DNA of 64,000 nt, from NCBI GenBank assembly GCA_963740355.1, contig CAVUDW010000002.1:1952001-2016000 (forward strand). Reading direction: 5' to 3'. A program made the position numbers and the translations under genes. This document shows positions 26,919 through 37,857 of this stretch, in pieces (position 1 is the stretch's first letter; the number at the start of each line of letters is the position of its first letter). The DNA comes from an uncultured Gemmatimonadaceae bacterium (GTDB lineage Bacteria; Gemmatimonadota; Gemmatimonadetes; Gemmatimonadales; Gemmatimonadaceae). Under the pieces are notes generated by a model that did no database searches, had not been told where the DNA came from, and saw nothing but the letters and a program-made list of their open reading frames with translations.

Positions 26919-27573
26919 GGCGCGCGCCGACGGTGGCTGCCGCGACGCTCAGATCACAGACGATCAAGTCGTCCCAGTAGTGGCTGCTCGGATCTTCATG
27001 TAAGTGGAGACCTGCCGACACTTGCATGATCTCAATGTCGAGCGGCAGAAAGAACTCTACTGAGTAGCGCTCCAACTCGTTGGGCTCAAGGATTAGATGT
27101 TTGTTTTTAAGAGCGATCGTGCAGGAATTGGTCGACGGCCATCGCGTGAGCAATACTTCTGAGCCAGGTTCTTCTACGCTTTGCGCCGTGGCGTCGATGA
27201 TTCTTTCTCCAAACTTCTTGATCGTTGAGATGTCTACCTCTATTCTATGTGGACACAGCTCAATTTGGCCGATTTTTTTAACGTCAACCAAGACGCGAAG
27301 CAGGCGAACGTCTGAATCGCTAGCGACCACCCGAGCCGCCAGTGAAACGTCCGCTCTGAACTGATCTGCACGCTGCCGGATAAATACGACATATGTCCAG
27401 AGCCCGCCGATGCAGATGGCGATCATTTGGACGATACTCGCGAGCGCGGCGATTGTCGCAGTCCAGTCGACGGCTATTGAATGCTGTCGTAGCCAGTGAA
27501 GGCGGACAAGAGCGGCCATCGCGACATACAACATTGCTATGGCAAGCCGAACTTGCAGCCGAGTACTCAGCAT
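26878..27573 (-). CDS. Hypothetical membrane-anchored protein, visibly lower GC (cassette gene)
   Basis: 231-aa ORF, two N-terminal TM helices, AT-richer codons. Confidence 0.7.
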   Translation of the reverse strand: MLSTRLQVRLAIAMLYVAMAALVRLHWLRQHSIAVDWTATIAALASIVQMIAICIGGLWTYVVFIRQRADQFRADVSLAARVVASDSDVRLLRVLVDVKKIGQIELCPHRIEVDISTIKKFGERIIDATAQSVEEPGSEVLLTRWPSTNSCTIALKNKHLILEPNELERYSVEFFLPLDIEIMQVSAGLHLHEDPSSHYWDDLIVCDLSVAAATVGARPLTPVAADKATGV

Positions 27574-27782
27574 GCTGCCGCCATGATCGTAGTGGTCCCG
27601 CTAACGAGTATTAGGCCGCGAAGAAGTCTATATCCCGATGCTACGTCGCGTTTGTCTGCTACGCCAGCCCCAGCCTGTAGCAGCCAATCGCACCGCAGAA
27701 TGCGACTTCGCCCGCCGTATGCTTGCTTCTCCGGCCGCCACTCACCCTTCCGTGGGGGAAGACTGTTGCCTCTATGAGCCCG

Positions 27783-27822
27783 AAAAAAACCGCCCGCCGA
27801 CATCCATCTGTCAGCGGGCGGC
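27783..27822 (-). terminator. Intrinsic terminator of the DUF2723 gene
   Basis: CCGCCCGCTGAC...GTCGGCGGGCGG followed by T7. Confidence 0.8.
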
Positions 27823-27847
27823 CTCCCTGATATTTCAGTCCGATCTG

Positions 27848-30256
27848 CTACTTCTTCGTCCCTGGCTTCGCCGCAGGTGCAGGAGCCGCCTCCGGCGCCC
27901 CCAAAGGCAACGCCGTCGGCCCCGTGTCCAGAAGAGCAGGCAACCCCGCCCCCGGCGTCGGCTGCCCCAGAATCCCCGCCTCCCCCCCAAACCAATTCAA
28001 CGTCCGCGAAGCCGCCGCAATGTCCTTCGCAGTAGTAATCACTTTCTGCGCCTCCGCATTCTTCCCCGTCGCCCGCAGCGCATCCGACAACACGATGCCC
28101 GCCGAGACATACAGCGCAGGAATACCGGCCGAAGGCTTATCCACCCAGTCCCCGCGCGAAATAATGCTCTTCTGCCCCACAAAGACCGTATTCCACAAAG
28201 CCAGCGAACGATTCACGTCCACAAACCCTTCACCCTGAATCGCGATCGTATCCGCACTCACCCCAGGCGGCACCGGCAACAGCTTCCGCGCCAACCCCTG
28301 CGTGATCAGATACTGGCCGAGCCCAAGCGAGACGCCGTAGTTCCCAGAGGTACGCGAGAAGTAAATCGGCCGCCCGCCCCAGTTATCGCGGATCATGTAT
28401 AACGTCAGGATGTCAGCCCGCTCGAGCACACCCTGGCTCAGGTTCTTCGGATCGATGACGGCCTGAATGGTCCCCTGCGTGAACACCATCGACGCTGTCG
28501 ATCTGCACATACAGCGGCACACTGTCCGCCTGCGCCAACGTCAGGTTCAACGGCTTGGTCGTCGGCTTCTTCCACGTCCCGCTGCGATAGATCGCAGGCC
28601 CCGCCGCCGCGTCGTAGTCGTAGATCGGACGACGGATCATCTGACGCGTGTACCAGTCGGTGTTCATCAAGCTGGTGTTCGCGATCAGCACATCCTTGCG
28701 GATGCCTTCGACTTCCTGGGCGTACCAGAGCGGGAAGGTGTCGTTGTCGCCGACCGTGATCAGGATGCCGTACGGCTCGACACTGTTCAGCAAATCGTGC
28801 GCGAAGTCGCGTCGTGTCACGCTGCCCGGCGCGGCTGGCCTGCGTCCAGTTGCCGATCATCGGGATCAGCGCCAGACCCGAGCACCGGCGCGCTCATGCG
28901 CCAGGCGCGCTGGTTCGGTGACGAGAAGCGGTTCTTGCCGATCTCGATGGTCTCCGTGCCGAGGAAGCCAGCAACGGTCTCCCACAGATAGATCAACCCA
29001 AGCCCGGCCCACACGCTCCAGGCGCTGAAGCTCCAGAGATAGAAATAGTCTCGATCTCTGACCTCTCGATTGACGCTGTCCCCGAGTTCAGGGTCCTGCG
29101 AATAGCCGTATTTGAAGTTGAGGTAGATGATCAGTCCTATCGTCAGCGTGCCGATCAGCGGACCGAAGAAGAGGAAACTTCGTTGGTCCCGTTTGTAGTG
29201 TACCCATCCGCCTATCAGGCCAAGGCCGAGGAAGACGACGGCGAGGGCGTTCTGCAGGCCGGGGCGCTCGTTGTGCGCGTCGCGCAGCCACTGCCAGCGG
29301 AAGTACAGCCACCACATGCCAACCTGCGCGGTGATCGGCGCCTGACGCTCGGTGAGCGCCGGCTTGCCGTACTGACCGCGATCGAAGTTGTACTTGAAGC
29401 GGGTCCAGGTGGTGCTGCTGAAGGTGCAACCGACGGCGATCTCGTTCACGCAGCCAGTCGGTTCACCTTCATTGATGGCAGGGAAGTGCGCGGCGCGAAT
29501 GGGCTGCGTCGCAAACGGCGAGATGCCGAGGATCACGGCACCGACGCAGGCCAGAATCAGCTTCCACTTGAAGAGCGTCTTCGGAGCGCGGAAGAGGATC
29601 GCCAAACCGACCGCCGGCCCAGGCAACATGCCGGCCGGGTGGTTCGCGTAACCAAGGCCGAGCAGGAAGGCGATCAGGATCAGCAGTCGGTCGCCACGTC
29701 GTCCTTCGGGTTCGTCGCACCAGGTCACGGTCAGCCAGGCGACGATCGCGAAGATGGCCAGCGACACGGTGTACACCTTCTCGTTCACCACGCTCTGGTT
29801 CCACACCGTGAACGCGGTCGCACCGATCAACGTCGCGACACTCGCACCGAGGATGCGCATCCAGCGCTGCGGCAGCCAGCTCACGAGCACGCGCTCGGTG
29901 ATCAGGAACCACGATCCGGCGGCGACGGCGCTCGACAGGGCGGCCAGCATGTTCAGCTTCACCGCCACCGACATCCCGGGGATGGGCAGGTGTGCGAACA
30001 CGTTGCCGATCAGGATGAAGAACGGGTTGCCGGGCGGATGCGGCAGGCCAAGCACGTAGGCGGCCGCGATGTACTCGCTCGCGTCCCACATGGCCGTCGA
30101 CGGCGCCAGCGTGATCATGTACAACACGAACACCGCCAACGTGGCGATGCCGGCCGCCAGATACGATGGCCTGTAGTCGAGGTCGGTATGGATCACGGAC
30201 TGCGCGCCGGTCGTGGTTGACCGTGCGGCCGGAATCGGAGCTGCAGAGGAGGCCAT
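27848..30256 (-). pseudogene. DUF2723/TMEM260-like membrane glycosyltransferase with three +1 frameshifts (probably sequencing errors)
   Basis: WDASEY...HPPGNP, NEKVY, REVRDRDYFY and [10 protein letters not shown] motifs; frame breaks near 28878, 28812 and 28492. Confidence 0.85.
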
Positions 30257-30357
30257 CAGCTGCTGGAAGAGGACGGTGGTACGAATCAGAACCCTAGAAA
30301 ATCGCCTTACCCCCCTCACTGGGGCTAGTGCCTCAGCTTGGGTTCGTTTGACAGCAA

Positions 30358-30542
30358 AACGCAGAGACGCAGAGACGCAGAGACGCAGAGGGCACTACCG
30401 CATGGCGAACTGACTCTCTGATCGCATGCCATCGCCTTGGGAACTGCCATCCCACGCCGGGCGAAACGACGCCGATATCGCGATCGAACCCCTCCAAAAA
30501 GCAGTTCCTCTGCGTCCCTCTGCGCCTCTGAGTCTCTGCGTT
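30358..30542. repeat. Inverted-repeat element with 8-9-nt CGCAGAG periodic arms (family C)
   Basis: aacgcagagacgcagagacgcagagacgcagag ... ctctgcgtccctctgcgcctctgagtctctgcgtt. Confidence 0.85.
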
Positions 30543-30563
30543 AAGCAGTTGAACTGCAACGAC

Positions 30564-32112
30564 TTAGTGCCGAAAGAGCCGCGCCGAAGTGAACACCATC
30601 GCAATCCCGTGCTCGTCCGCCGCCGCGATGACCTCGGCATCCCGCACCGACCCGCCGGGTTGGACAATCGCGGTCACCCCGGCGGTTGCCGCGTGGTCGA
30701 CGCCGTCGCGGAAGGGGAAGAAGGCGTCGGAGGCGAGGGCGGAGCCGGTGGTGTCGTGGCCGGCCTGCTTCGCCTTGTGCCCGGCGAGGTAGCTGGCGTC
30801 GACCCGACTCATCTGGCCGGCGCCGATGCCGATGGTGGCGCCGTTGCGGGTGAGGACGATGGCGTTCGACTTCACCGCAGCCGACGCGCGCCACGCGAAC
30901 GCCAGATCGACCAGCTCGGCCTCCGTCGGGGCGCGCTTGGTCACGACCTTCCAGGGGATGTCGCCCGTCGGCACCTGCATCCGGTCCTGCAGCAACACAC
31001 CGCCGCGGACACGCTTGATGTCCATGCCGCCGGCATCGGCTGCGGGCAGGGTCCCGATCAGGACCCGCAGGTTCTTCTTCTTGCCCAGCAGATCGGCCGC
31101 GCTGTCGGAGATACCGGGAGCGACGATGCACTCGAGGAAGAGCGTCGACATCGCTTCCGCCGTCGCATCATCGATCGGCACGCTGAACGCGACCACACCG
31201 CCGAACGCCGACGTCGGGTCGCAGGCGAGCGCCTTCTGGTAGGCCTCGAGCGGCGTGGCGCCGATGGCCAGGCCGCAGGGTGTGGTGTGCTTGATGATGG
31301 CGCAGGCGACCTGCTTCGCGAACGGCTCGATGGCCATCAGCGCGCCGTCGACGTCGAGCAGGTTGTTGAAGCTCAACTCCTTGCCGCCGAGCTGCTTCAG
31401 CGATGCGAGACCGGCCCCGGCGCGTTCCACGTAGAAGGCCGCGCGCTGCTGCGGGTTCTCGCCGTAGCGCAGCCCCTGCGCCATCTCGAACGCCAGCGGC
31501 AGCGTGGCCGGGAACGGATCATCCGGCGCGACCTGATGCTGCAACCAGCCGGCGATGGCACTGTCGTAGGCAGCGGTGTGCGCAAAGACCTTCGCGGCCA
31601 GGTCGCGACGAAGGATCAGCGCCACCTTCCTCGTCCTTCGAATCCAGCTCGGCGATCACTCGCGGGTAGTCGGCGGGATCACACACGACCGTGACGGCGC
31701 TGAAGTTCTTCGCAGCCGAGCGTAGCATGGAGGGGCCGCCGATATCGATCTGTTCGATGACATCGTGTGGCAAGACACCCGCACGCGCGGCGGTCTGACG
31801 GAAGGGATAGAGGTTCACCACGACGAGGTCGATCGCCTTGATGTTATGCGCCTCGACCGCGGCCACATGCTCCGGCAGGTCGCGACGATACAGCAACCCG
31901 CCATGCACGACCGGGTGCAGCGTCTTCACGCGCCCGTCGAGCATCTCCGGGAAGCCCGTCACCTCGCTGATGTCCTTCACCGCCAACCCCGCATCCCGCA
32001 GCGCCTTCGCGGTGCCGCCGGTCGAGATCAACTCCCAATGCCGCGCGATCAGCTCGCGCGCAAAGTCCACCAGTCCAGCCTTGTCAGAAACGCTCAGCAA
32101 TGCGCGCGGCAT
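30564..32112 (-). CDS. purH: Bifunctional AICAR transformylase/IMP cyclohydrolase, one +1 frameshift near 31620
   Basis: [32 protein letters not shown] and SDAFFPFRD motifs split over two frames. Confidence 0.93.
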
Positions 32113-32193
32113 ATCGGTCAGTTCAGTAAGAGTTCAACGAGAGTTCTACAGCACATCGAGATCGACTGCGTCACTAGCGAGCGTTCCGTGTTT

Positions 32194-32420
32194 GTTCAGC
32201 ATCGCAACTGCAATGGGGGGGAGGCCACGGAGCTCACGGAGTGCGTCGAGAGCCACCAGCGGTGCTGCGCCACCATCGAAACTTCTTGAGAACTGCAGTT
32301 CCAAAAATTACCAATCGTTCGCGAAGCACCGAAGGTTGCCACTGGAGCACTCCGTGAGCTCCGTGGCCTCCCCCCCGTTTGCAGTTAAGCAGAGCCCGCA
32401 AAAAGGGAAAGCTCGCTCAA
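32194..32420. repeat. MITE-like inverted-repeat element, family B (GGGGGAGGCCACGGAGCTCACGGAGTGC arms)
   Basis: Arms at 32206-32244 and 32347-32386; homologous to 37858-38310. Confidence 0.88.
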
Positions 32421-33124
32421 CTCGACAAAGCATGATCGAGATCCGCCGCCAACGACGACCCGGTCATCAACGAAAAGACATCCGCCTGCGCCCCAGTCAG
32501 AAACGCACCGTGCACCGTGCCGTCATCATCCAGCGCCAGCGATTCGCCGCACAACAACTCGACGACACGCGGCAGCAGCGCGTGCTCGACCCGAAGCACA
32601 CGCGACGCGAGATCCTCAGGCGAGTCTTCCTCGAACACCGGCACCGGCCACTGCGCGATGATGGCGCCGCGGTCGTAGACCTCGTCGACGAAATGCACCG
32701 TCGCGCCGCTGATGCGGGCACCGGCGGCGAGGACGGCGGCGTGGACGCGCTTGCCGTACATGCCGGGGCCGCCGAAGGCAGGCAGCAGGGAAGGGTGCAC
32801 GTTCACGATCTTGCCGCGATAGGCGCGCGTGACCTGCGACGGCACCAGCGCTAGGTAGCCGGCCAGCACCAGCACTTCGATCTTGTGCTCCGTGAGCAAC
32901 GCCAGCAGCGCGTCACCGTCTTTCGGTTGATCGAGCACGACTGACGGAATGCCACGCTCGGATGCGCGGGTCAGCGCCGCGCAGGCTGGCTTGTTCGAGA
33001 CCACCAGCACCACCTGTCCGGCGGCGGCCTCACCGCGGGTGGCCTGGAAGTCGTGTACGGCGACGAAGTTCGACCCACCACCCGAGACGAAGGCTGCGAT
33101 GCGGGTGCGGGGTTGCGTGGGCAT
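32417..33124 (-). CDS. purN: Phosphoribosylglycinamide formyltransferase
   Basis: SGGGSN, NVHPSLLPAFGG.GMYG, GATVHFV...DRG.II.Q motifs. Confidence 0.95.
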   Translation of the reverse strand: MPTQPRTRIAAFVSGGGSNFVAVHDFQATRGEAAAGQVVLVVSNKPACAALTRASERGIPSVVLDQPKDGDALLALLTEHKIEVLVLAGYLALVPSQVTRAYRGKIVNVHPSLLPAFGGPGMYGKRVHAAVLAAGARISGATVHFVDEVYDRGAIIAQWPVPVFEEDSPEDLASRVLRVEHALLPRVVELLCGESLALDDDGTVHGAFLTGAQADVFSLMTGSSLAADLDHALSS

Positions 33125-33136
33125 CGTGGCGAACGG

Positions 33137-33697
33137 TTAGGGGCGCTGCGCGAGCATGCGCAACACACGATCCACCGCCGCACCCAACGTCGTCGCAACC
33201 ACCGCGTCGTCCTTGGCTTTCGACAGGTCGCTGAACGACGTGTCGGGGTTCGGCACCAGGATGCCCATCGCGTTGTGGGTCACCGCCGGTGCCACGTCGC
33301 GCCACTTGTCGCCGATGAAGAACGACTTCTTCAGGTCGATGTCGTGCTCCGCTGCGGCGCGCAGGTGCATCTTGTCGCCTGGCTTGCGGCACGACATCGC
33401 CTCCGGCACGTCCGGCGCGTCGGGGCAGTGATAGCTGGCCAGCAGCGTGATCCCTTCCGCAGCAAGCATCTCATCCAGTCGCGCCTTGATCACCGCGTAC
33501 TGCGCTTCATCGAAATATCCGCGACCGATACCCGACTGGTTCGTGATCACGATCAGTGGCAGTCCCGCTGCCGACAGGCGCGCCAGCGCTTCGGTCGCGC
33601 CCGCAATCAGCTTCAGCTGGTCGGGATGGGCGAGATAGTTCACATCCTGGATGATCGTGCCATCACGATCGAGGAAGACCGCTGCGCGAGAAGTCAC
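33137..33697 (-). CDS. gmhB: HAD-IIIA phosphatase (heptose-bisphosphate/histidinol phosphatase family)
   Basis: FLDRDGT, TNQSGIGRG, CRKPG and IGDK..D motifs. Confidence 0.85.
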   Translation of the reverse strand: MTSRAAVFLDRDGTIIQDVNYLAHPDQLKLIAGATEALARLSAAGLPLIVITNQSGIGRGYFDEAQYAVIKARLDEMLAAEGITLLASYHCPDAPDVPEAMSCRKPGDKMHLRAAAEHDIDLKKSFFIGDKWRDVAPAVTHNAMGILVPNPDTSFSDLSKAKDDAVVATTLGAAVDRVLRMLAQRP

Positions 33698-34941
33698 GGG
33701 ACCTTCGGTGGAATTGGGCGCACGGTCGAGTCGCGCGGATTGCGCGCGCCAGGTGGCCCGGGCGCCTTGGTGCTGTCGATCGGCGTCGGCTTCGGCACGA
33801 TCAAGAGGCGAGTCGTCGTGCCTTCGATGTTGAGCAGGTTGCGCAGGCCGGTGAGCGTGACACGATAGGTCGCACCCGGCTTCACCGGCGCAGCCATCTT
33901 GATCGCCAGCTCGGTGGTCGGCTTGGCGCGCTTCATCTCTGGCGGCGGCAGCGTGGGCACGGTGTCGCGACGACGGGTCGGGTCGATGGTGCGACGCGGG
34001 GGACCCGCAGGCTCCACGGCACGTGCGGTAGTGTCCTTCGATCGTGCGATGCTGTCAGCCTTCGCACGCTCCGCCTGCTCTTCGAGTGCGGTCAAGACGC
34101 TCACCACATTCAGCACAGTCGAGTCGGTGGTGACGACACGTGCTACCGTCGCCGGGATCGCAACGCCAGGCTTGAGCGGCTTGTCCATCACGATCGCGAT
34201 GGTCACACTGTCGCTCAACCGGATCTCGCTGATCCTCGGCGGTAGCGTATCGTGCACATACATGTAGAGATCGGCGCGCGCCGAGTCGGTGAGTGTGACA
34301 CGAACCGTGTCCCAGGGCTCACGTGGCTCGAGGATGCGGTTGGCCGATTTCTCGTCGATTGCGCGCACCAGGTATTCACCCGGCGGCACGGTGGTCAATT
34401 CATACCGGCCAGTCGAGTCGGCGACCGTGATGAAGAAGAGCGTCGAGTCTTTCGCATCGATCGCTTGAATCGTCGCCTTCGGCAACGCGCGACCGCCCAC
34501 CCAATCGAAGGCGACACCGCGAATGGCCGTATTCGGAATCGTCGGCCCGGTGCTGAAGCGCAGCACGTACCCGGTCGGAATCGGACGGCTCTTGAGGTCG
34601 CCGATGCCAGGCAAGATCGTGATCGTGTAGGCGGTGTTCGTGCGCCAGAGGCCGTGCGGACGGATCGTCATGCCGGTGCGACGCCACTCCACCCGTGGCT
34701 CACCGTCCCATGGCGAGATGAGCACACTCTTCGACAGGTCGCCGCCGTTCGCCTGCTCGGCGATCACATCGTCGTAGCGCACCAACACCTTGTTCGGGCG
34801 CACGTTGACGGCGTTGCTGTCGGGCAGCGTCACGATCACACGCGGGAACGCCGAAACCGTCGGTCCACCCGGCGGCATCCCCGGCGAGGCACAGGCCGCC
34901 GCGAGGGCAATCACCGCCGTGATGGTCAGCGCGTGCCGCAC
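33694..34941 (-). CDS. Ig-like domain lipoprotein
   Basis: AACASPGMPPGGP lipobox, beta-rich Big_5-like region; overlaps the valS stop. Confidence 0.8.
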   Translation of the reverse strand: MRHALTITAVIALAAACASPGMPPGGPTVSAFPRVIVTLPDSNAVNVRPNKVLVRYDDVIAEQANGGDLSKSVLISPWDGEPRVEWRRTGMTIRPHGLWRTNTAYTITILPGIGDLKSRPIPTGYVLRFSTGPTIPNTAIRGVAFDWVGGRALPKATIQAIDAKDSTLFFITVADSTGRYELTTVPPGEYLVRAIDEKSANRILEPREPWDTVRVTLTDSARADLYMYVHDTLPPRISEIRLSDSVTIAIVMDKPLKPGVAIPATVARVVTTDSTVLNVVSVLTALEEQAERAKADSIARSKDTTARAVEPAGPPRRTIDPTRRRDTVPTLPPPEMKRAKPTTELAIKMAAPVKPGATYRVTLTGLRNLLNIEGTTTRLLIVPKPTPIDSTKAPGPPGARNPRDSTVRPIPPKVP

Positions 34942-37751
34942 AGTGCCTCGACCTTCCGTGTCAGCGCGTCAACCTTCTGCGAGAGGTCACGTTCCTGCGC
35001 TCGCGCCCCTTCCACCACTTCCGGCTTGGCGCGCGAGGTGAACGACTCGTTGCCCAGCTTCGACTGCACGCCGGCAAGGATCTTCTGGGTCTGCTCGAGT
35101 TCAGCCTTGAGGCGAGCACACTCCTTGGCCGTGTCTTCCGCTGACTCGGTGCCCATCAGCTGCGAGAGCGCGATGATCACTTCCGAGCCACCGGTCAACA
35201 CCATCTGCGCGGAATTCGCGTGCGCTGCCTTCGCGGCGTCACTGTGGGCCGGCGCGACCTGCACGGTGGTACGCGTCAGCGCACCGATGGTCGTCGCCAG
35301 TGTTGCGGCGCTGGTCGCATCGGCGGTTGACGGCACCAGCGTGGCTTCCACCATCTGGCCGGGCTTCACCTTGTATTCGTTGCGGATCTGACGGATCGCC
35401 ACCACCGAGTTGCGCACCAGCTCGAATGCCTCGCCACCATTCAATGGCGTCGATCGCACCTTCGGCCAGCTCGAGGTGGTGAGGAAATCCGTACCACGCG
35501 CCGATGCATCACTCAACGCCGGCAACTTCGCCCACAACGTTTCGCTGATGAACGGAATGATCGGCTGCAGCAGGCGCAACGCATTGTCGAAGGTGTGCAC
35601 CAGGACCGCACGCGCCACTTCGGCATCGTCACCACCGGCCGCGAGGCGCGGCTTCACCGTTTCGAGATACCAGTCGGCCAGCTCGTTCCACACGAAGCGA
35701 CGCGCGGTGTCGGAATAGGCATCCAGACGCATCCCCGCAGTGCGCTCAGCTTCGGTCCAATGTCCGCTGGCGCCAGGGCGCACCGGGCCGAGTGCGGCGT
35801 TCGATTCCTCGATCGCCACATCCAGTCGATCGAGGATCCAGCGGTCCGCAATCGTCAGTGCTTCGGGATCGATAACCGACAACGGCTGCACCGGCTCCGT
35901 GCCCACCTTGGTCAGCAGGAAGCGACCGATGTTCCAGAGCTTGGTGAGGAAGTTGCGGCCCGGGGCGAAGCTCTTTTCGAGGTCCGTCGGATCGAGCAAC
36001 ACATCCACGCCAAGGCCCATGCCAGCGATCATCGTCCAGCGCAACGAATCGGCACCGTAGAGCTGCACCACGTCCATCGGATCGATGCCATTGCCCAGCG
36101 ACTTCGACATCTTGCGATGCTGCATGTCGCGCACCGTGCCGTGCAGGTACACGGTGTGATACGGCGCATCGCCCATGAAGTAGAAGCCCGACATGATCAT
36201 GCGTGACACCCAGAAGAACAGGATCTCCGGGGCCGTCACCAGCACATCGCCAGGGTAGAACGCCTTCAGGTCTTCAGACTTCGTGTTCGGCCAGCCGAGT
36301 GTCGAGATCGGCCAGAGCCAGCTCGAGAACCATGTGTCGAGCACATCTTCGTCCTGGCGGAGCGGGGCAGAGCATTCACTGCAGGTCGTGATCGGTGTAC
36401 GCGATGCCTTCGGCGCGGTGCCGCAGCTGTCGCAGTAGTACACCGGCACCCGATGGCCCCACCACAACTGGCGTGAGATGTTCCAATCGCGAATCCCTTC
36501 CAGCCAGTTGATGTAGACCGCTTCCCATCGTTCCGGCATGATGCGAATGCGACCGGTGCGCACGGCTTCGAGGGCCGGCTTGGCCAGCGGCGCCATCTTC
36601 ACGAACCACTGATCACTGAGGCGCGGCTCCACCACCGTGTCGCAGCGATAGCAGTGACGCACCGAATGTTGATGCGGCTCCACCTTCACCAGCGCGCCGG
36701 TATCGCGCAGCATGTTCACGATGCGCTCGCGGGCCTCGAAGCGATCGACGCCACGCAATTCGGGCGGCACACGATCCACCGAATCGCCGATGCCATTCAA
36801 CCGGGCTTCGGCGTCCATGATCACTGGCTGTGCCAGGCCATGTCGCATGCCCACTTCGAAGTCGTTCGGGTCGTGGGCAGGCGTGATCTTCACCGCACCG
36901 GTGCCGAAGGCGGCATCGGTGTAGTCATCAGCGATCACGGGAATGCGCACGCCGTTGATCGGCAGCACCAGTTCCTTGCCGAGCAGTGCGGTGTAGCGCT
37001 CGTCGGTCGGATTGACGGCCACTGCCACATCGCCAAGCAGCGTTTCCGGACGCGTCGTCGCCACCACGATGCTCTGTGACGGATCGTCGGCGAGGCGGTA
37101 GCGGATGTGGTACATGGCGCCCTGCGTGTCGTTGAACTCCGCCTCTTCGTCGGAGAGCGACGTCATGCAGCGCGGGCACCAGTGAATCACGCGGTGACCG
37201 CGATAGACCAGGCCATCCTCGAACAGGCGCACGAACGCTTCCGTCACCGCTTCCGACAGCTGGGGCGTGAGGGTGTAGGCCGTGCGTGACCAGTCGGCGC
37301 TGGCACCGATCGACTTCAGCTGCTGCAGGATCTGGCCGCCGGTCTTCTCCACGAACTCCGCGGTGCGGGCCACGAAGGCCTCGCGGCCCAGTTCACCACG
37401 AGACGTGCCTTCGGCGGCCAGCTGCTTCTCGACCACATTCTGGGTCGCGATGCCCGCGTGGTCGGTACCCGGCACCCAGAGCGCCTCGTCGCCTGCCATG
37501 CGGCGCCAGCGGATCAGGACATCCTGCACCGTGTTGTTCAGCCCATGGCCCACGTGCAGGATCGCGGTCACGTTCGGCGGCGGCATCACGATCGTGTACG
37601 GCTGTCGATCGCCCCCGGTCCGGTTCACCCGGGCCGCACTCGCCACATCCGTCCCGGCCGCCTGCCAGCGCGCATACAGCGCCGACTCGACATCCGCGGC
37701 GCGGTATGTGGTCGGCAGTTCATCCGGCGCCGGGCTCGGCGCGGGGCTCAT
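34926..37751 (-). CDS. valS: Valine--tRNA ligase (start may be 37775)
   Basis: PPPNVT..LHVGH, DHAGIATQ, KMSKS, C-terminal coiled coil. Confidence 0.97.
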   Translation of the reverse strand: MSPAPSPAPDELPTTYRAADVESALYARWQAAGTDVASAARVNRTGGDRQPYTIVMPPPNVTAILHVGHGLNNTVQDVLIRWRRMAGDEALWVPGTDHAGIATQNVVEKQLAAEGTSRGELGREAFVARTAEFVEKTGGQILQQLKSIGASADWSRTAYTLTPQLSEAVTEAFVRLFEDGLVYRGHRVIHWCPRCMTSLSDEEAEFNDTQGAMYHIRYRLADDPSQSIVVATTRPETLLGDVAVAVNPTDERYTALLGKELVLPINGVRIPVIADDYTDAAFGTGAVKITPAHDPNDFEVGMRHGLAQPVIMDAEARLNGIGDSVDRVPPELRGVDRFEARERIVNMLRDTGALVKVEPHQHSVRHCYRCDTVVEPRLSDQWFVKMAPLAKPALEAVRTGRIRIMPERWEAVYINWLEGIRDWNISRQLWWGHRVPVYYCDSCGTAPKASRTPITTCSECSAPLRQDEDVLDTWFSSWLWPISTLGWPNTKSEDLKAFYPGDVLVTAPEILFFWVSRMIMSGFYFMGDAPYHTVYLHGTVRDMQHRKMSKSLGNGIDPMDVVQLYGADSLRWTMIAGMGLGVDVLLDPTDLEKSFAPGRNFLTKLWNIGRFLLTKVGTEPVQPLSVIDPEALTIADRWILDRLDVAIEESNAALGPVRPGASGHWTEAERTAGMRLDAYSDTARRFVWNELADWYLETVKPRLAAGGDDAEVARAVLVHTFDNALRLLQPIIPFISETLWAKLPALSDASARGTDFLTTSSWPKVRSTPLNGGEAFELVRNSVVAIRQIRNEYKVKPGQMVEATLVPSTADATSAATLATTIGALTRTTVQVAPAHSDAAKAAHANSAQMVLTGGSEVIIALSQLMGTESAEDTAKECARLKAELEQTQKILAGVQSKLGNESFTSRAKPEVVEGARAQERDLSQKVDALTRKVEALCGTR

Positions 37752-37857
37752 TGGCAGTCCGTCGGTCATGGTCATGGGAATCCAAAACGTAACGACATCG
37801 GAGCGGTCTGGCCGGGCCGATGGCACCGATTCGAGCCCAGAATCAGCGGTCGGTGGC

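Noticed and set aside
31519..32112. Naturally split or programmed-frameshift purH
   Set aside because: The break falls before the conserved RRxLAAK.F.HTA.YD helix rather than at the domain boundary, there is no slippery site, and it clusters with three other +1 breaks.
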